IMG/VR virus record: IMGVR_UViG_3300045988_145100
Location: 64,001-128,000 of that record
Strand: one strand, 5' to 3'
DNA: 64,000 bases
Origin: a virus
The translations under genes were made by a program, and so were the position numbers. Shown here piece after piece: positions 59,976-64,000 of the stretch. How positions within the stretch are numbered: position 1 is the first letter of the stretch; each line of letters opens with the position of its first letter. The notes beneath the pieces were generated by a model that saw only the letters and a program-made list of their open reading frames with translations, was not told the DNA's origin and ran no database searches.

Positions 59976-60031
59976 TTTAATCAAAAATTTTTAAATTTTT
60001 GATATAAAGGTTTTGGTGGATAATTACCACC

Positions 60032-60066
60032 CTCCTTTACTTAAAGATATACTATAAAGTAAGGAG
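60032..60066 (+). promoter_or_regulatory. RNA hairpin that sequesters the ribosome-binding site of the GIY-YIG endonuclease gene
   Basis: 5' arm c032-t042 (ctcctttactt) pairs with 3' arm a057-g066 (aagtaaggag). The SD aaggag at 60061-60066 lies entirely inside the 3' arm, 6 nt before ATG 60073. Confidence 0.5.
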
Positions 60067-60072
60067 TATTTA

Positions 60073-60699
60073 ATGAGTTATATTTATAAAATTGTTAATT
60101 CTATTAACAATAAAATGTATATTGGTAAAACATCATTTCCAATAGAAAAAAGATTTCAAGAACATATTTCAGCTAGTAAAAAAGAAAGATGTGAAAAGCG
60201 TCCTTTATATGATGCAATGAATAAATATGGAATAGAAAATTTTTTCATAGAACAAATTGAAGAAGTTGAAAATGATGATATTGCTTGTCAAAGAGAACAA
60301 TACTGGATAAAGAAATTAAGAACATATGTAGGCTATGAAGATTGCGTAGGTTATAATGCTACTTTAGGTGGTGACTCAAGAAGATTATATGATTATGAAG
60401 AAATTTCTAAAAAGTATATTGAGTTACAATCAGTTAAAGAAACTTGTAAATTCTTCAATTGCGATAAGTTAGTTGTTAATTTAGCTTGTAAAGAAAATAA
60501 TGTAACAATTCTTGATGGTAGGCAAAGAAAACAAGTTAGGAGATACAATATAGATAAGACTGAATATAAAGATTATCCTTCAATAACAGAAGCTGCTAAA
60601 GATATCCCTAATAAACCAATAGAAACAGCAAGAAAAAATATCTCAAGAGCAATAAATAAAGGTTTAGTTGCTTATGGATATTATTGGAAAAGAATTTAG
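60073..60699 (+). CDS. GIY-YIG homing endonuclease (SegB-like, free-standing, inside the tRNA array)
   Basis: N-terminal YIYKIVNSINNKMYIGKT...R...EH...N GIY-YIG catalytic motifs; C-terminal basic DNA-binding region (AYGYYWKRI, NUMOD-like); 208 aa. Confidence 0.75.
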   Translation: MSYIYKIVNSINNKMYIGKTSFPIEKRFQEHISASKKERCEKRPLYDAMNKYGIENFFIEQIEEVENDDIACQREQYWIKKLRTYVGYEDCVGYNATLGGDSRRLYDYEEISKKYIELQSVKETCKFFNCDKLVVNLACKENNVTILDGRQRKQVRRYNIDKTEYKDYPSITEAAKDIPNKPIETARKNISRAINKGLVAYGYYWKRI

Positions 60700-60702
60700 T
60701 GC

Positions 60703-60776
60703 CGCGGGTTGGAGAAGTCAGAATCTCGTCGGACTCATTATCCGAAGAACGCTGGGGCAGAGCCAGCACCCGCTAC
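60703..60776 (+). pseudogene. Possible degenerate tRNA-like remnant (CAT-type anticodon loop) immediately after the endonuclease gene
   Basis: gcgggt...acccgc acceptor-like helix, anticodon-like arm tcgga-ctCATta-tccga, atypical T-loop ggcagag. Confidence 0.2.
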
Positions 60777-60901
60777 TTGGTTTTTCTGAATTTCTTCCTT
60801 TAAAAATTCAGTTCATATAAATTTCCTTTCTGTTAGCGGATTGGTTGACAATAATGTCAACCTTACCCGCTTGATATAAACAAAAGGAAATAAAAATCTA
60901 T

Positions 60902-60930
60902 TTGATATTATATAAAATTTATGATATAAT
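60902..60930 (+). promoter_or_regulatory. Consensus promoter copy
   Basis: ttgata-N17-TGa-tataat. Confidence 0.6.
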
Positions 60931-60973
60931 ATATATGTAACAAAGAAAAGGAAAAGAAAAGGAGATTTATATT

Positions 60974-61294
60974 ATGGCAGGACAGAATAAGAGAGTATCA
61001 AGAGTATCAAATGGTGGTAGAACAAAGGCTCATAAAGCTCAGGAAGCTAAGCGTCAGGCAAAGTTTGCTGCAAAGCGTGAAGCTGGAAAAGCTTATGTAT
61101 ATAAGGCAAATCCTTACAAGCCTTACACAAAGAAGTGGTGGATTGAAAAGGACAAGAGGGCGGAGAAAGCTAAGTCATCAAGAGTTCCTTATGCAATCGT
61201 AACATCAATCTTTGCTAAGCTTGATAATAAGATTGCTAAAGAGAAAGAAGCTGCAGCTAAGGCAAAAGCTAAGAAGGCTGCGGCAACCGCTTAA
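60974..61294 (+). CDS. Highly basic Lys/Ala-rich protein (histone H1-like / nucleic-acid-binding) inside the tRNA array
   Basis: 106 aa: ...AKRQAKFAAKREAGKAYVYKANPYKPYTKKWW...AKEKEAAAKAKAKKAAATA; SD aaaaggagat. Confidence 0.45.
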   Translation: MAGQNKRVSRVSNGGRTKAHKAQEAKRQAKFAAKREAGKAYVYKANPYKPYTKKWWIEKDKRAEKAKSSRVPYAIVTSIFAKLDNKIAKEKEAAAKAKAKKAAATA

Positions 61295-61306
61295 TAAAAT
61301 AAGCGT

Positions 61307-61380
61307 GCTAGAATAGCTCAAATGGTTAGAGCAGGCGTTTCATAAGCGTCAGGTTGCTAGTTCGATTCTAGCTTCTAGTA
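61307..61380 (+). tRNA. tRNA with anticodon CAT, second copy (Met / fMet / Ile-lysidine class)
   Basis: Acceptor gctagaa/ttctagt (G1-U72), D-arm gctc-aaatggtta-gagc, anticodon stem ggcgt/gcgtc with loop ttCATaa, T-arm gctag-ttcgatt-ctagc. Confidence 0.55.
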
Positions 61381-61385
61381 TTTAT

Positions 61386-61469
61386 AGGGGAGCGCCGAAG
61401 TTGGAGAGTCGGGGCGGTCTGTAAAACCGTTGCCTTCGGGCTGAGTGAGTTCGAATCTCACCTCCCCTA
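61386..61469 (+). tRNA. tRNA-Tyr (GTA), type II
   Basis: Acceptor aggggag/ctcccct, anticodon stem gcggt/accgt with loop ctGTAaa, long variable arm tgccttcgggc, T-arm gtgag-ttcgaat-ctcac. Confidence 0.6.
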
Positions 61470-61908
61470 CTAGGTTGGAGATTACCTAAAAATCTTCTGT
61501 TAAGCTTTTCTTAATTTTTTATATAAGGATTTTATAATACCTAATATAAAAGATTATTGTTTTCCATAAAAGTTAATACTGAAAACAAAGATGTTTTGTA
61601 CAAACACCATATGTAAGTAGAGCTTCCGAGCTGCGATACTTCATTAAAGCCCATACCGCAATATTACTTTTAATAGATAGAAAATAATGCTCAAATGTAT
61701 TTTTTTGGTTTTAAAAGAGTTTATTAATGCGGGCTTTGTAATTAAACATTAGTAAACAAAATATAGTCCATACAGCAAATGTTCAAGAATATCAGATGAT
61801 TTTATTACTTATTAATTCTTACAGCTGTAAATTACACTGATGACTTATTAAATACTAAAACTTAGGACTTAGAAAATAATAGTTTTAATATAATGATAAG
61901 TCATTTTT

Positions 61909-61980
61909 GCTTCTATCGTTCATCGGTTAGGACAATGTCCTGTCACGGCATAGAGGTGGGTCCGACTCCCACTAGAAGCG
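61909..61980 (+). tRNA. tRNA-Asp (GTC)
   Basis: Acceptor gcttcta/tagaagc, D-arm gttc-atcggtta-ggac, anticodon stem atgtc/ggcat with loop ctGTCac, T-arm gtggg-tccgact-cccac (atypical C55). Confidence 0.55.
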
Positions 61981-62435
61981 TTCACCATAGTTTAAGTATA
62001 ATGAGTTTTAATTAGTAAGTACATGACGATGTTACTGAAGATTAATACATAGTTATACATCAAATTAATTCTTGACTATAGCAGGGGTGATTTGTAGAAC
62101 AGTCTGCCAGTAGCAGAAAGATTCAGTAGAAGTCTGAGGGTGACTTTAATGTTTTTGTGCTAAGCACAGTATTCTAATTTTACTAAACAAAATTTTAAGT
62201 ACAAGAATTGGTTTAGTGCTGCAGTATTTATCAGTATTGTAGCTATGCTGTTGATGATACAGCCGAGGTTAAAGAGCGTTAGTGACCAGTGGTGGTGTTA
62301 TGCTTTGTAATGAAGCATGTTAAGCTAATGACACACGGTTAGGTTTGAGATGTAGAGAGCAAGTCTCAGAAGGCAAGACCTATCAGAATAACAAGCATCT
62401 TAGGGTTGCAACCTCATGATAGGAAATAGCTAAAT

Positions 62436-62507
62436 GCAGGTGTAGTACATCGGCTAGTGCGCCAGACTTCCAATCTGGATAGACGGGTTCGATTCCCGTT
62501 ACCTGCT
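62436..62507 (+). tRNA. tRNA-Gly (TCC)
   Basis: Acceptor gcaggtg/tacctgc, anticodon stem ccaga/tctgg with loop ctTCCaa, T-arm acggg-ttcgatt-cccgt. Confidence 0.6.
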
Positions 62508-62622
62508 TTATCGTAGGGGTTTGGAATCCCCTAAATGAGGCAACCGCCGCGATAATACAAAATTCTTGCAAGAAACAAAATATTATACAATAGAATTCTT
62601 ATTGGTTGTAGGTTCTATTGTT

Positions 62623-62696
62623 TGTGGTGTAGCTCAATCAGGTAGAGCGTTAGCGGCTGGAGCTAAAGGTTAGAGGTTCAAATCCTTTCACCACAA
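62623..62696 (+). tRNA. tRNA-like gene with a non-canonical anticodon loop ggCTGga (G at position 33); possibly Gln-CTG, or a pseudo-tRNA
   Basis: Perfect acceptor tgtggtg/caccaca, D-arm gctc-aatcaggta-gagc, perfect 5-bp anticodon stem ttagc/gctaa, T-arm agagg-ttcaaat-ccttt. Confidence 0.35.
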
Positions 62697-62809
62697 TTCT
62701 GTAGTCGGCATTGGTAAACATAGGAAACTAGATGTCGATGGTTATGAATAAGGATAAAAGTTGCAACAAAACTTGTTCAGATTATGCGGAATTGCAACAC
62801 CGCATTTTC

Positions 62810-62883
62810 GGGGAATTAGCTCATATGTGGCAGAGCACTCGGTTGAAGCCCGAGGCGGAGAGGCTCGATACCTCTACTCCCCA
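62810..62883 (+). tRNA. tRNA-Phe (GAA)
   Basis: Acceptor ggggaat/actcccc (one A-C mismatch), D-arm gctc-atatgtggca-gagc, perfect anticodon stem ctcgg/ccgag with loop ttGAAgc, T-arm agagg-ctcgata-cctct (atypical T-loop). Confidence 0.5.
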
Positions 62884-63029
62884 TTTTATTAAAGGCTTAA
62901 ACAGCAATTCAGTGTAAGTACTGGTTGAGAAAAACAAATATTAAAATATTAAAGTTATTAAATAACGAGCCTAGCATAATAGATTATTTCTTAATTTTAA
63001 TATAAAGTAGCTTTATAGTTACTCTTATT

Positions 63030-63103
63030 GCGCCTATAGCTCAGTTGGCTAGAGCATCAAACTTTTAATTTGAGGGTCCCGAGTTCGAGTCTCGGTGGGC
63101 GTA
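63030..63103 (+). tRNA. tRNA-Lys (TTT)
   Basis: Acceptor gcgccta/tgggcgt, D-arm gctc-agttggcta-gagc, anticodon stem tcaaa/tttga with loop ctTTTaa, T-arm ccgag-ttcgagt-ctcgg. Confidence 0.6.
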
Positions 63104-63408
63104 TTAAAATATTAGTGCCTTAACTGAGAGTCAGGATTCAAAGGTTAAATGAGGTAATCAGTCCATAAATCAGCTAATACTTTTAATGTAAGATAAAAGA
63201 AGAAAAAGGGTTTAGGACTTCTTTTGTAACGATACACAAACCAGCAACCCTGAGCTTTATATTAGCAACAGTCCACGAAGTAATTTTCTAGGAGTGCTGT
63301 TTAGGTGGTTATCTCTTACAAAAATAAACAGTAGAAAGGAGATAAATATGAGAAAGGATATTCATACAGCTTTTCACCTATAAGTTCTTTTTAAAGGAGG
63401 AATTATAA

Positions 63409-63684
63409 GTGAGTAGAAGTTATAAAAAACATAATTGGTATTGTGACCACAAAGGAAAAGAGAAAAAAAGAACTGCTAATTCAGTAGTCCGTATGTGGTT
63501 AAAAGACCATCCAGATGAAGTTATCAAAAGGAGTAGTTATAAAAAAATTTATGAAAAGTATGATATTTGTGACTGCAAAATTTTTGCTTCTTGGGAAGCT
63601 TATTATTTAAGCTGTTTAAGATGGGGCGATACTGATTATAAGAGAATTTATCGAACATGGCTTCAGGTTTATAGAAATAAATAA
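63409..63684 (+). CDS. Small basic hypothetical protein (GTG start) inside the tRNA array
   Basis: SD aaaggagg 8 nt upstream of GTG 63409; 91 aa rich in Lys, Arg, Tyr and Cys. Confidence 0.4.
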   Translation: MSRSYKKHNWYCDHKGKEKKRTANSVVRMWLKDHPDEVIKRSSYKKIYEKYDICDCKIFASWEAYYLSCLRWGDTDYKRIYRTWLQVYRNK

Positions 63685-63686
63685 TT

Positions 63687-63771
63687 GCGGGTATGGCGTA
63701 AAGGTATCGCAGAGCATTGCTAATGCTTCCACCTCATGCGGGGTGTCTAAGTTCGAATCTTAGTGCCCGCG
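63687..63771 (+). tRNA. tRNA-Ser (GCT), type II
   Basis: Acceptor gcgggta/tgcccgc, TG-gcg...cgc D-arm, anticodon stem gagca/tgctt with loop ttGCTaa, long variable arm, T-arm ctaag-ttcgaat-cttag. Confidence 0.6.
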
Positions 63772-63774
63772 TTT

Positions 63775-63846
63775 GCGGGAATACGCTAATGGATAGACGA
63801 AGTGGCTACGAACCACTCAGTTGGAGTTCGAGTCTCCATTTCCGCA
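63775..63846 (+). tRNA. tRNA-Arg (ACG)
   Basis: Acceptor gcgggaa/tttccgc (one G-U), perfect anticodon stem agtgg/ccact with loop ctACGaa, T-arm tggag-ttcgagt-ctcca. Confidence 0.6.
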
Positions 63847-63852
63847 CTTATT

Positions 63853-63938
63853 GCCGCGTTGGCTCAACTGGTACAGCACGGGTCTTGAAAACCCGCATCT
63901 TCGTAAGGGGTATCTGAGTTCGAATCTCAGGCGCGGCG
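63853..63938 (+). tRNA. tRNA-Ser (TGA), type II
   Basis: Acceptor gccgcgt/gcgcggc, anticodon stem cgggt/acccg with loop ctTGAaa, long variable arm, T-arm ctgag-ttcgaat-ctcag. Confidence 0.6.
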
Positions 63939-64000
63939 CTGTAGATGATGACGACATCTACACGGCAGGATTCGTCACCTGCCGTGGATACACGCCTGTC

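Noticed and set aside
46400-60935. Regularly spaced near-identical roughly 45-bp repeats might be mistaken for a CRISPR array
   Set aside because: The repeats are 1-3 kb apart rather than 20-50 bp. The intervening DNA is protein-coding genes and tRNAs. Each repeat has the exact architecture of a sigma70 promoter (-35, 17-nt spacer, TGnTATAAT) followed by an SD and ATG. No cas genes are present.
62383-62917. ORFs 62383-62571 (minus) and 62732-62917 (plus)
   Set aside because: They overlap tRNA-Gly (62436-62507) and tRNA-Phe (62810-62883) and lack SD sequences; they are spurious.
63717-63917. ORF 63717-63917
   Set aside because: It lies entirely across tRNA-Ser (GCT), tRNA-Arg and tRNA-Ser (TGA).
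1-64000. Searched for integrase, excisionase/repressor lysogeny module, endolysin and a lysis cassette
   Set aside because: No tyrosine or serine recombinase motifs and no recognisable lysozyme, amidase or peptidase endolysin domains were found by eye. The only lysis-like candidate is the single-TM protein at 496-948, which is too weak to call.

Overview
This window looks like a contiguous piece of a large, AT-rich tailed phage genome from a low-GC host, with a T5-like layout. Positions 1-32.7 kb are a minus-strand late/structural module. Reading leftwards it runs: putative small and large terminase, an inserted PD-(D/E)xK endonuclease, portal, protease/scaffold, capsid proteins, connectors, a major tail protein whose 3' end carries a CCC_UAA +1 recoding site feeding an Ig-like extension ORF, a 3110-aa tape measure protein and an 1812-aa tail fibre. 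Most of these genes end in rho-independent terminators. Positions 32.7-57 kb are a plus-strand early/middle region of about 45 small genes. Most are driven by one of at least 15 near-identical sigma70 extended -10 promoters (TTGAT(A/T)-N17-TGnTATAAT). The region also contains a DEDDh exonuclease paired with a HAD 5'-nucleotidase, paralogous gene cassettes, an A_AAA_AAG -1 frameshift candidate, and a short minus-strand regulatory island. Non-coding structure is concentrated at 33-45 kb. It includes four repeated intergenic modules: a bidirectional GC hairpin terminator, a leftward consensus promoter firing straight into it, plus-strand promoters, and a conserved roughly 40-nt leader. It also includes palindromic iteron clusters, a duplicated hairpin element with compensatory changes, AT-rich tandem repeats next to a 100-bp palindrome, and large inverted repeats. 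Positions 57-64 kb are a plus-strand tRNA array of about 19 tRNA genes plus degenerate tRNA-like elements, each sub-cluster with its own copy of the consensus promoter. Inside it sit a GIY-YIG homing endonuclease whose ribosome-binding site is buried in a hairpin, other small ORFs and structured non-coding stretches. No integrase, endolysin or CRISPR array was found. All calls rest on reading motifs in the supplied translations and sequence; no database search was run.
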